DNA from: Fibrobacteria bacterium
Lineage (GTDB): Bacteria > Fibrobacterota > Fibrobacteria > UBA11236
Assembly (NCBI GenBank): GCA_043745805.1
Contig: JAYTSD010000001.1
Span: 161,315-225,314, forward strand
Direction: 5' to 3'
DNA length: 64,000 nt
Below, in pieces: positions 9,006 to 18,742 of the stretch. Position numbers and translations under genes: made by a program. Positions within the stretch are counted from its first letter, which is position 1. Each line of letters opens with the position of its first letter. Under the pieces are notes generated by a model. That model was not told the origin of the DNA. It did no database searches and saw only the letters and a program-made list of their open reading frames with translations.

Positions 9006-11005
9006 TGATAAGGTATTTTCTATTCATAATATTTTTTTTCAATGCCGTACAAACCTTTACACAAGGCATTTTGGAAAAATTTCCCCCAAAAAGTAATATG
9101 TCACCGGATAGTTCTACAAAAACAAAACTTCGCACCTATCAAAATATCCCTGCTTTTAGTTTTGCGGGATGGAATGAATGCTTGGATCACATTTATTCAT
9201 TTGCTCGCCTTGATGCCGAGCCCCAACTTTATATGCAAACGCAACCTAAGGGTTCATTGCAAGTCAAAACTCATTTCCCACAACGCGTTGCAGGCATTCA
9301 ATTCAATCCGAACTCGAATATTAATTCATTTTTGTATTTGCAAGATGATCAAGGAGATGAACAATTTAAGCTTTCGCTTTACGACATGAACACCCAAAAA
9401 AGTAAGGCCTTGGGACCAAAATCTGGGCGCATAGCTTCAGTACTCTGGGGTGAAAGTGGAAAACATTTTTTATACACCCATACTCCAGAAGGAAAGAGTA
9501 ACTGGGATATTTATGTAGGAGATGCTCAAGGAAACGAGCGCCGACTTTTTTCTCAAGCTGGAGCCTGGGAACCAATGGCTTGGAGCGTTAATGAAAAGCA
9601 AGCTTTGTTTTTACGTAGCGAAGAAGCTCATTCGGAATTATTCCTTTATTCTTTCGAGGATTCATCGCTGACGCAACTTTTAAAAGACGAGCCCAAGCAA
9701 AATATTGTGGATGCTTTTTGGATTGAAAATAAGCCTTTTTCAGGTGACACGTTGACAAGACCCTCTCCGAGAAAATTTGCTTTTGTGTCGGATCGTCAAG
9801 GCGAGTATTCCAGAGTTTTCCAAGGCTCATTAGATACCTTATTAATTTCCCCATTAACTCCGGAAATGCCTTGGGACATTGAATGGAGCGTATTAAGTCC
9901 CAATACGCATTATTTAATTTATAGCGTGAATGAAAATGGCTTTAGTAAAATTTATAACTTGGATATCCGCAAAGGAGTAACCGATTGGTTACAGGAAATT
10001 CCCAAGGGAATTGTCAGTCCAGTTTCTTTTCGCAAAAACTCCAAAGGCTTTGCTTTTAATTTTCATGATGTGTCTCAACCGGGATCGGTTTACACCTACG
10101 ACATAGAAAGAAAATACCTTGAATCTTGGTCTCCGCAAAATACTTTAGAGAATACTCCGCAAAAAATTTTAGCGCCTATAGTCACTACCTCTATTCAATT
10201 TCCATCCATTGGTTCTCCCGCAAAAGTTCCTGAGAAAAAGAAAATATCGATACAAGCCTTTGTTTATAAACCTCAAATAGAAAGTAATAGGCCTTTCCCT
10301 GTACTTATACAATTTCATGGTGGCCCCGAATTACAAGCGCGACCGGATTATGATGCCTTTATGCAATATGTGGTGCGTGAATTAAATGTCGTAGTGATTA
10401 CTCCCAATGTTCGAGGTTCTACAGGTTACGGAAAGAGATTTCAGAGCTTAGATGATGGAAAGTTACGTATGAATAGCGTAGAAGATATCGGCGCCTTGCT
10501 AGGCTGGATTAAAACCCAGCCGGATTTGGATTCGCGCCGTATCGCTGTAATGGGTAGATCGTATGGCGGCTTTATGTCGCTGTCGGCCTTAATCCATTAT
10601 GGCGATCAAATTAAAGCGGGAATTAGTACTGTAGGCATTACTCATTTTCCAAAATTTTTAGAAAACACCAGTGAATATAGACGCGATTTACGTCGTGCGG
10701 AATATGGGGATGAACGTGATCCCCAAATGCGTAAATTTTTAGAAAAAATTTCTCCGTTCAATTTAGCACATAAAATTAAAGTCCCTCTATTACTCGCACA
10801 TGGCGCGAAAGATCCGCGTGTACCCATTGGGGAAAGCGAAAGACTTTTTGCCAGTTTACAAAAACGTAAAGTGCCCGTTTGGTTTTTACATTTCCCGGAT
10901 GAAGGCCATGCCTTTAGAGAAAAAGAAAATGAACTTTATTATGAAGGTATAGTTTCCGAGTTTTTACGCCAGAACTTACTGAATCACACGACGGCGATGA
11001 AGTGA
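9005..11005 (+). CDS. S9 family (prolyl oligopeptidase/acylaminoacyl) peptidase, secreted
   Basis: HGGPE, NVRGSTGYG, nucleophile GRSYGG, DPRVP and DEGH catalytic triad motifs; N-terminal propeller. Confidence 0.92.
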   Translation: MIRYFLFIIFFFNAVQTFTQGILEKFPPKSNMSPDSSTKTKLRTYQNIPAFSFAGWNECLDHIYSFARLDAEPQLYMQTQPKGSLQVKTHFPQRVAGIQFNPNSNINSFLYLQDDQGDEQFKLSLYDMNTQKSKALGPKSGRIASVLWGESGKHFLYTHTPEGKSNWDIYVGDAQGNERRLFSQAGAWEPMAWSVNEKQALFLRSEEAHSELFLYSFEDSSLTQLLKDEPKQNIVDAFWIENKPFSGDTLTRPSPRKFAFVSDRQGEYSRVFQGSLDTLLISPLTPEMPWDIEWSVLSPNTHYLIYSVNENGFSKIYNLDIRKGVTDWLQEIPKGIVSPVSFRKNSKGFAFNFHDVSQPGSVYTYDIERKYLESWSPQNTLENTPQKILAPIVTTSIQFPSIGSPAKVPEKKKISIQAFVYKPQIESNRPFPVLIQFHGGPELQARPDYDAFMQYVVRELNVVVITPNVRGSTGYGKRFQSLDDGKLRMNSVEDIGALLGWIKTQPDLDSRRIAVMGRSYGGFMSLSALIHYGDQIKAGISTVGITHFPKFLENTSEYRRDLRRAEYGDERDPQMRKFLEKISPFNLAHKIKVPLLLAHGAKDPRVPIGESERLFASLQKRKVPVWFLHFPDEGHAFREKENELYYEGIVSEFLRQNLLNHTTAMK

Positions 11006-11323
11006 AGCAATAGACCCTTTTTCTCGGGCATCTTTTCCGTGAAAAACGATAACTTCTCATGAAAAATGTTCTTTATTCATGGTTTCCTATGAAAAATGAT
11101 ATCTTTTGCTGGTTAATTGTAATATTCGGAATTGGCTAGGCGCATCATAATTTAACCAAAAAATGAAATTCTACCCCGAATCCAGCTCCATTTTACACCG
11201 ATCAAAACCATTTTTAAGCGAGCCTCCTGCAAAATTCGTTTAAGAAATGATATAAGTGAATGCAAGAACTCTCACCCTCCTTTTTTGCTATAATCAAGCA
11301 TTAATCTTTTGTTAGGATGCTGG

Positions 11324-12709
11324 ATGGATAAGAATAAAGCACAAAGAGTTTTACAGGCGGGGCTCGATCGCCATGCAAATTTTGTGGAGATTTTCGAAGA
11401 AGAAACCCGTAACGCCTCAGTTTCCTTTCGCGATCGTAAAGTGGAATCGGCGACAGCGGGAACGGATTATGGTTTAGGTATTCGCTTGGTATATGGAACC
11501 GAAGTGCTTTATGCACATACAAGCAATGATGATGAAAATCATATTATTAAACTTATCGATAATTTAGCCCGTAGCCGCGGTGTTATCATTAATGAATCGT
11601 CAGAACCCACCGTCCATTTGGTAGGTAAGGTTTTTGAGAATAAACATATCATCACTAAGGATCCTCGCAAAGTAGGACAAGAGCAAAAATTATTATTGCT
11701 CAAATTAGCCGATAAAACCGCGCGGGATTTTTCTGATAAAATCACCCAAGTGTCAGTACGTGCGGCGGATATGGTGTCGCAAGTGATCATTAGTAATAGC
11801 GAAGGCTTATGGACCGAAGATACGCGCACGCGCTGTCGTTTTAATGTGAGCGTGACTGCAGAAGCGGGCGGTGAAATTTTTGTAGCTACTGAAGCACCCG
11901 GCACACAACGGGGTTTCGAATTTTTTGAAAGCTTGGACATTGTGCATTATACGCGGATGGCTGCCGAGCGCGCGGTACTGATGTTATCCGCCGGTTACGT
12001 ACAAGGTGGAAAAATGCCGGTGATACTTGGCAATGGTTTTGGCGGTGTGATATTTCATGAAGCTTGTGGCCATCTCTTAGAAACCGAAGCGGTGCGGCGC
12101 AAGGCCACACCCTTTGCGGATAAAGTGGGACAACTAATTGCGCATCCTTCGGTGACGGCCATTGATGATGGTACTATAGCCAATGCTTGGGGATCGATTA
12201 ATGTGGATGATGAAGGCAATGCCGTACAAAGAACGGTCTTAATTAAAGACGGCATCTTGCAAAATTATATGTCGGACCGAGTAGGCGCGCAAGAAACGAA
12301 TTCTCCTATCACGGGAAGTTCGCGACGCGAATCCTATCAATACTCACCCGTATCACGCATGCGCAATACCTTTATAGAAAAAGGCCAGCATAGTTTAGAA
12401 GAGATGTTGGCCTCTATGGGGAATGGCCTTTATGCCAAAAAAATGGGTGGCGGTTCGGTGAATCCGGCTACAGGGGAGTTTAATTTCTCAGCGGAGGAAG
12501 CCTACTTGGTACGTGACGGCAAAATTACCTCTCCGGTCCGTGGAGCAACATTAATCGGCAAAGGTCCAGAAATTCTTCCGTTGATTTCCATGGTCGGAAA
12601 AGACTTGGAAATGGCTGCGGGCATGTGTGGCGCATCTTCGGGATCCATTCCAGTAATGGTGGGGCAACCCACTTTAAAAGTGGATAATATTTTAGTGGGA
12701 GGTCGCTAA
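11324..12709 (+). CDS. tldD: TldD metalloprotease
   Basis: HEACGHLLE metal motif, DDEG, SRMRNT, GMCG, GQPTLKV. Confidence 0.93.
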   Translation: MDKNKAQRVLQAGLDRHANFVEIFEEETRNASVSFRDRKVESATAGTDYGLGIRLVYGTEVLYAHTSNDDENHIIKLIDNLARSRGVIINESSEPTVHLVGKVFENKHIITKDPRKVGQEQKLLLLKLADKTARDFSDKITQVSVRAADMVSQVIISNSEGLWTEDTRTRCRFNVSVTAEAGGEIFVATEAPGTQRGFEFFESLDIVHYTRMAAERAVLMLSAGYVQGGKMPVILGNGFGGVIFHEACGHLLETEAVRRKATPFADKVGQLIAHPSVTAIDDGTIANAWGSINVDDEGNAVQRTVLIKDGILQNYMSDRVGAQETNSPITGSSRRESYQYSPVSRMRNTFIEKGQHSLEEMLASMGNGLYAKKMGGGSVNPATGEFNFSAEEAYLVRDGKITSPVRGATLIGKGPEILPLISMVGKDLEMAAGMCGASSGSIPVMVGQPTLKVDNILVGGR

Positions 12710-14082
12710 TGGTTACCTCTACTCCCAAAACTTTTTCTGAAGAAACTTTAAAAGTTTCAGATGCCGTTGATTTTATGTGCTCTGAAGCGAAGCGTTTGGG
12801 CGCGGAGCAATACGATGCCGTGGTGGGCGAAAGTGAAGCCATGGGCCTTGAAGTGTTTGAAGGTAAAGTAAAGAGCACGGAAATATCGAATTCGCGTGGC
12901 ATTGGCATTCGCTTATTTAAAGATCAAAAACCGGGTTTTGCTTTTACCGAAAAAATGTCACGCGCGGCAATTTCACAAACCGTGCAAGATGCGATAAGCC
13001 ATACTTTACTTACGGATTCCGTGGATATTGAATTGCCATATCCCGAAAAATTACCCGACATTGATTTACTGCGCTTTGCTCCTGAATTGGAAAATGTGAC
13101 GCTCGATCAAATGAAAGAATTGTGTTCACAACTGGAAACTTTAGCGCGCGAAAAAGATCCACGCATTGATAATATTCCTTATTTAGGCATGAGTCGTTCA
13201 TCAGGAAGGTCTATTGTACAAAACTCCAAAGGCGTGAGTTATCATTCGCGATCGAATGTGATTTCGGGTGGAGTGGGTGTAGTGGCGAAGCAAGGCGAAA
13301 ATAAAAAAATGGGCGTGTATTCGCAGGGTGGTCGTTCCGTTTCGATTTTCCGTCCCGATTTTATGGCGAGTCAAGCCGTAGAGCGTGCCGTTGAATTATT
13401 GGATGCCGAAGCATTAACTTCTGGAATTTATCCAGTGGTATTTTCCCATCGTGCCAGTCCCCAAATTTTGTCGATGTTCTCTTCTCCTTATTATGCGGAG
13501 TCGGTGCAAAAAGGACAAAGTCGTTTAGCCGGTAAAATTGGAGAACGCATTGCGGTCGAGGCGTTTAACTTAAGCAGTCAGCCGCATTTGCAAGGTTTTC
13601 CAGGCTCGCAACTTTTTGATGGCGAAGGAGTCGTAACATCTCCGTTACAGGTAGTGAAGGACGGCGTTTTACAATCGTATCTGTATAATTTGGAATCGGC
13701 TAAAAAGGCGGGTGCCAAACCTACTGGTAATGGTGCGCGCGGCTATTCGGGTAAGGCCGGAACCGGTTTTGCGAATTTTATAGTGCCAAAGGGAAAGCAA
13801 ACTTTGGAAGAATTGTTAAGCACGTATCCCAAATGTTTTTATGTGGTCAAGCTCGAAGGCGGCTCGGGTTGTTCTTCTATTTCGGGTGAGATTTCTATCG
13901 GTGCACAAGGCTTTTTAATTGAACAAGGTAAACGTATTCGTCCGGTGGACAAGGTTACTTTGAGTACCAATTATTTTGATCTACTTATGGGCCTGCGAGG
14001 ATTTTCGGATACTTATGCCGATACTTTTTCGTCGGTGAAAGTTCCCGATATTTTAGTAGAAGGTATTGCGGTTTCGGGTTGA
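12709..14082 (+). CDS. pmbA: TldE/PmbA partner subunit
   Basis: FDGEGV, TGNG.R and SGEIS.G motifs; lacks HExxxH; coupled to tldD. Confidence 0.9.
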   Translation: MVTSTPKTFSEETLKVSDAVDFMCSEAKRLGAEQYDAVVGESEAMGLEVFEGKVKSTEISNSRGIGIRLFKDQKPGFAFTEKMSRAAISQTVQDAISHTLLTDSVDIELPYPEKLPDIDLLRFAPELENVTLDQMKELCSQLETLAREKDPRIDNIPYLGMSRSSGRSIVQNSKGVSYHSRSNVISGGVGVVAKQGENKKMGVYSQGGRSVSIFRPDFMASQAVERAVELLDAEALTSGIYPVVFSHRASPQILSMFSSPYYAESVQKGQSRLAGKIGERIAVEAFNLSSQPHLQGFPGSQLFDGEGVVTSPLQVVKDGVLQSYLYNLESAKKAGAKPTGNGARGYSGKAGTGFANFIVPKGKQTLEELLSTYPKCFYVVKLEGGSGCSSISGEISIGAQGFLIEQGKRIRPVDKVTLSTNYFDLLMGLRGFSDTYADTFSSVKVPDILVEGIAVSG

Positions 14083-14119
14083 TCTTAATTTAAAATCTCA
14101 GTTATAAATTTAATACTCT

Positions 14120-15076
14120 ATGCAAAATAATATGGGGATTTCAGCCCAAAATTTAAGCGTTACGTTTGCTGGAGCCAAGCCCACCTTGGCTTTGAATAAT
14201 GTTAACTTGGACGTGACTAAAGGGTCGCTTTATGCTTTGCTTGGTCCTAATGGTGCAGGCAAAACGACCTTAATGCGTTGCCTGGCCGGAATATTAAAAC
14301 CCAGCCAGGGAAGCGTTGCGCTTTTAGGCGAAACCCCTACCTATACGGATTCGCGAAAATATTTACATAAGCTAGGCGTATTGATTGAAAGTCCAGGGTT
14401 GTATTCCAAATTAAATGCCAAGGAGTATTTAAGTTTTTTTGGATCCTTTTATGCAATTAAAAATTTAAATCAACGAATAGAAAAATTAGCTGATGAATTC
14501 GATTTAGAATTGTCATCCAAGCCTATTGCCAAATTATCGCAGGGCAATAAACAAAAACTGCAACTTTTGCGCAGTGTATTACATGAGCCCGAGATATTAC
14601 TGTGGGATGAACCTACCGATCACTTGGATCCTTTGGCCCAAGAAAAAATCTTTGCTTTTTTAAAAAATCAAATGGATCACAAAAATGTTACGGTATTACT
14701 CGCAACCCATCGCTTAGAACAAATTGATATCCTCGCTTCGCATTTTGGATTTATTCGTCATGGCCAGTTGATTTTAAGTGAGAGTAAGACAACGCTTTTG
14801 GAAAGCGGAACAGAAAAAGTAGAAATTGAATTTGCCGAACCTTACGATTTAGAACGCGCAAAGAATTTTTGTATGGGTTTAAATTTTCAGCTAGCACCAA
14901 GCAGTGTGCAAAATTGTTCAGCAAAAATATTAAATGTGTCGGGCAAAGATCTTTTATTCCGTTTGCCGGAGCTTATCACCCGATTATGTGGTGAAGGTTT
15001 TTTGCTGTATCGTGTAGAACCTCAGTCGACGGCCTTGGCAGAAATATATGCCAAAGTTTACGCAGATGGAGAGTAA
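14120..15076 (+). CDS. ABC-2 type exporter ATP-binding protein
   Basis: GPNGAGKTT, LSQGNKQK, LLWDEPT, H-loop. Confidence 0.9.
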   Translation: MQNNMGISAQNLSVTFAGAKPTLALNNVNLDVTKGSLYALLGPNGAGKTTLMRCLAGILKPSQGSVALLGETPTYTDSRKYLHKLGVLIESPGLYSKLNAKEYLSFFGSFYAIKNLNQRIEKLADEFDLELSSKPIAKLSQGNKQKLQLLRSVLHEPEILLWDEPTDHLDPLAQEKIFAFLKNQMDHKNVTVLLATHRLEQIDILASHFGFIRHGQLILSESKTTLLESGTEKVEIEFAEPYDLERAKNFCMGLNFQLAPSSVQNCSAKILNVSGKDLLFRLPELITRLCGEGFLLYRVEPQSTALAEIYAKVYADGE

Positions 15077-15077
15077 C

Positions 15078-15761
15078 ATGAGCGATACGATACGAATTAT
15101 AAAACATGAATGGTCGCAAATCGCTAAAGAGCCAAAATTTTTGATTCCATTTTTATTAATCCCATTAATTATGATAGGTGTGCAAGTTTTCGCTTTGTTT
15201 TTTCAGCCTACCGTCCAATTAGAAGAACAATATTTGCTTTCGCGCTCTTTGCTTATAATGCTGGCAATATTGGTCTCCGGACTCACGGTCCCTCTATGCG
15301 CGGACAGTTTTGCGGGTGAAAAAGAACGCCATACTTTAGAAACTTTATTGAGCTTGCCAATTTCCTTAAGAACACTTTTTCGCGCTAAAGTTTTAGCCGT
15401 TTACCCTTTTCCGGTTATAGTAGCTTGGTTTGGGCAGGGTTTGATTTTACTCGCTTTGTTTTTGCGGGGTATTTTATCGGTTGATTTTGGGAGCGATGCC
15501 ATCAAAGCCTTTTTATTAACTCCAGTTATTGGACTCTCTTTATGTGCGATGAGCACTTTGATTTCCTTGCGGGCCGATAGCGTGCGAGCTGCGGCACAAG
15601 TGGCTGGGATTTTTATGTTACTATTCTTTTTTTTATTAATCGGAACATCGCCTTGGATTTTTCTGTCTTGGACTTATTGGAGCGCGCTTTTAATTTTCTT
15701 ACTTGCGATTTCCGGATTGTGTTTTTATCTCAGTCGCAGAATATTCTTGCATTTAAGATAG
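15078..15761 (+). CDS. ABC-2 type permease (NatB-like)
   Basis: DSFAGEKERHTLETLLSLP motif, about 6 TM segments. Confidence 0.85.
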   Translation: MSDTIRIIKHEWSQIAKEPKFLIPFLLIPLIMIGVQVFALFFQPTVQLEEQYLLSRSLLIMLAILVSGLTVPLCADSFAGEKERHTLETLLSLPISLRTLFRAKVLAVYPFPVIVAWFGQGLILLALFLRGILSVDFGSDAIKAFLLTPVIGLSLCAMSTLISLRADSVRAAAQVAGIFMLLFFFLLIGTSPWIFLSWTYWSALLIFLLAISGLCFYLSRRIFLHLR

Positions 15762-15768
15762 TCACAAT

Positions 15769-16494
15769 TTACTGCGCCTTTTTCGCCATGATTTCGGCCA
15801 TTAATTCCATTTGCAATTGTTGAATTTCCATCATGTACTGCCACTGATGTTCCACTAAATGATCCATTTTATCATGTAAATTACGAATTTCCATTTCCGC
15901 TTTTAAGTTAATGCGATAATCACTCTCGGCACGCTTCCGGTCGCGCGCTTCTTGGCGGTTTTGACTCATCATAATTACCGGCGCTTGCACAGCCGCTAAG
16001 CAGGATAGACAGAGATTTAAAAGGATATAGGGATAAGGATCAAAGGTAAAGCGATGCGCCACAAAGAGGGTAATAATATTCCACAGAATCCAAAAGCCCA
16101 TAAAACCCGCGAAGGCAAACAGAAATTTCCAGCTTCCACCAAATTCGGCGATTTTATCGGATACCATTTGACCAAAAGTTCTTTGCTCGGAAGGATCGTT
16201 CTGTAAGTTTTGCGAAAGTAATTCATAATCTTGTAAGCTTTTTTCCGCATCCGAAGTGAGTTTGGTTAAATCCCCTTTTTCACTATTTAATAAATGGGTA
16301 ACGTATTCGGTACGTAGGGTGTTTAAATCGGCCACACAAATAAAATCTTCGCTTTTCCAATCGGGATTAACTCGGCGTGCCAAGTCCAATAATGGCGGCC
16401 TTAAGGTATCGCCAGCGATCATTTCGCGATGCGGCTTCATTTGTTTGCAAATCTGACATTCCAGTAAGGTAGAGGGATGATTTTCCGTAAGCAT
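15769..16494 (-). CDS. DUF1003 membrane protein
   Basis: FGGSW, FDPYPYILLNLCLS, QAPVIMMSQNRQ, DYRINLKAE; N-terminal CxxC. Confidence 0.92.
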   Translation of the reverse strand: MLTENHPSTLLECQICKQMKPHREMIAGDTLRPPLLDLARRVNPDWKSEDFICVADLNTLRTEYVTHLLNSEKGDLTKLTSDAEKSLQDYELLSQNLQNDPSEQRTFGQMVSDKIAEFGGSWKFLFAFAGFMGFWILWNIITLFVAHRFTFDPYPYILLNLCLSCLAAVQAPVIMMSQNRQEARDRKRAESDYRINLKAEMEIRNLHDKMDHLVEHQWQYMMEIQQLQMELMAEIMAKKAQ

Positions 16495-16545
16495 TATTTC
16501 TCCCAAGAAGAAAATGATGTTAAAATAATAAAAGCACCTTGTAAG

Positions 16546-17223
16546 TTACTGTGCTGACCCATACAACTCTGTATGCATTTTATGTACCAGATTTTGCAAG
16601 GCAGATAATTCTTGTTTCAGTGATTGAACCTCAATTTGCAAGGTCGAAAATTCATCCCATTTAGATTTACCACTTGCAGTAGCTTCCTCTGTAAGGCTTG
16701 CGGAGCTTTGATTTTCAGGTTCTTCAATATCTAAAAGTAATTGTTTCCAACGAGGCTCTTTCCAGCCTGATCGTTTTTCTAATTTCTCCACCCAAGGCTC
16801 TTCTCGTTCGGCCCATTTTTGCATAGTGATTTCGATGTCTTCGAGCGAAGCAAAATCATGTAAATTAGACGTTCGCGTTTTTAATTCATTCAAAGTTTGG
16901 CTTCCTCTTAATAAGAGAACGGAGAGCAACGCGATGTGTGAATCACGCAAATTATAACGGGAATCCAAAAGAAAATGTCGGTATTTATACTGTTGTCCTT
17001 GGGAACCATAAGCAGAAAATGTGACTAAGCATTTCTGTTTTAATCCGGCTAAGGCTAGGGAAATAGTGTCCTCATCGTAATCGGAGACTGGAGTTCTATT
17101 GCTTTTTTGATTACAGGCCAACCTTAATGAATTTAAGGTTAAAGGATAATAATCGGGAGTAGCTAGGCTTTTTTCCAACAATGAGCCTAAGATGCGGGCT
17201 TCTTCAATACTTAATTTTTCCAT
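16546..17223 (-). CDS. yceH: YceH/DUF480 family protein
   Basis: EARILGSLLEK..TPDYYPLTLNSL..ACNQKSNR, LLLRG.QT..EL. Confidence 0.9.
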   Translation of the reverse strand: MEKLSIEEARILGSLLEKSLATPDYYPLTLNSLRLACNQKSNRTPVSDYDEDTISLALAGLKQKCLVTFSAYGSQGQQYKYRHFLLDSRYNLRDSHIALLSVLLLRGSQTLNELKTRTSNLHDFASLEDIEITMQKWAEREEPWVEKLEKRSGWKEPRWKQLLLDIEEPENQSSASLTEEATASGKSKWDEFSTLQIEVQSLKQELSALQNLVHKMHTELYGSAQ

Positions 17224-17385
17224 GAGGTAAATTTACATTTTCCAGATGCAGAACTTCAGGTTTAAGCTCTAAATTCACATTTAAAAAGGCCATTTTAAGG
17301 GGCGTCTTTTTTTAAATAAATCTTAAGAACAGAGTGGCTATTTTCTAATCTTAAAGCGTCCAAGTAATAAAGTAAAGGAAAAAGT

Positions 17386-18705
17386 ATGAAAAAAGTAATT
17401 ATGGGACTCACATTATTTACTGCATTGGGGCTGCAGGCTGCAGTAAATGGAACCGTTAAAGATGGCGGCGGTCAACCTGTCTCAGGAGCTTTAGTGGTAG
17501 TGGAAGGTACGGATCAGGCGGTGGTTACCGATGCAGCAGGGAAATTTCAATTCGGGCCTTTGTCTATTCAATCTTTGCATCTTTCGCTCAAACAATTAGC
17601 CACTTCGCATATTTTAGTGGATGCACAAGGCCACTATTATAGAGCAGAAGATAAAAAAGCGAATAAGTTTTATTTCCATACTAATGAAAGTAATACAATT
17701 AATAATACGCCTACTAATTTAGTTTTAACTACAAAACGTACCGTAACAACTAATGGCAAATTACTCATTGCGCATGATGGCTATTTTAGCCAAGTATTGC
17801 CAATTGATATTGGTTCGTCCATACAAATTCCGGTATCATTAGTTTTTGTAAATACATTTGCGCAAACCAGCACTTTAGGATCATTCTCTGCAGTCGGTCA
17901 AATTATTGCTTTTTCGGACAGTATCATTAAATCCATTGATAATAACAGTAAATATAATCCGGTTTGCAAAGGGGGCAAAGTAATTTATTTACCTGATACT
18001 ACTACTGAGCAATATATGATTACTGGGAAAACGATGTATTCTTGGACACCGATGGTTATGGATAGTTTAGATTGTATTGCCACGGTTTATTCAAGTAATA
18101 ATGGAGTAAAATTAGGGAGCTGGAATTACATAGGAGTTAGCGCAATTCCTCAAGCTCATAACAAGGGCGCTTGTAATCCAGCGCAAATCGATTCACAGAT
18201 TCAATTAGAAAACAGCTATTTTTTTCTAGGAGGGGTTATACAGTTTAGTAATACTCAGATTATGAATAATGTTAAATACGGACTATGCAATGGTGCCTTG
18301 CTGGCCGCACGATTTTCTTTAGAAGGCAATATGACGGCTACGGCAAAAAGCTGTAATGAAGTAGAATTAAAAAATGGCACTGAAACGGCGACTTGGTCCA
18401 TTATTTCAAATAATGTTAAATCAACTACTAAATTTATTACTAAAGACACTACTTGTACTATTGAATCGCCAGTTATTTTGGATCAAACCTATAGCTGTGT
18501 AGGACAGGCCGATGGCGTTAAACCTGAAGATACCGGTACTTTGGGAGGGTTAACAACAGGTGCTGACTTGTTCACGTGTCCTGCCTATGTAAAGTTTTTG
18601 ACGGGAGGGTTTACACTTCCACCAATTACTCCATTGCAGAAAATGTCGGCAAATATGTCGGTGGAAAAATTTTCCCCTAAGTTTTGGGAAAGCAAAAAAC
18701 CTTAA
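17386..18705 (+). CDS. Secreted protein with N-terminal carboxypeptidase-regulatory-like domain and Cys-containing unknown C-terminal region
   Basis: Signal peptide; GTVKD..GQPVSGALV..EGT....TD..GKF motif. Confidence 0.7.
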   Translation: MKKVIMGLTLFTALGLQAAVNGTVKDGGGQPVSGALVVVEGTDQAVVTDAAGKFQFGPLSIQSLHLSLKQLATSHILVDAQGHYYRAEDKKANKFYFHTNESNTINNTPTNLVLTTKRTVTTNGKLLIAHDGYFSQVLPIDIGSSIQIPVSLVFVNTFAQTSTLGSFSAVGQIIAFSDSIIKSIDNNSKYNPVCKGGKVIYLPDTTTEQYMITGKTMYSWTPMVMDSLDCIATVYSSNNGVKLGSWNYIGVSAIPQAHNKGACNPAQIDSQIQLENSYFFLGGVIQFSNTQIMNNVKYGLCNGALLAARFSLEGNMTATAKSCNEVELKNGTETATWSIISNNVKSTTKFITKDTTCTIESPVILDQTYSCVGQADGVKPEDTGTLGGLTTGADLFTCPAYVKFLTGGFTLPPITPLQKMSANMSVEKFSPKFWESKKP

Positions 18706-18742
18706 TAGCCATCTTAAATTCATGCCTCTATTTAGGGGCTTT

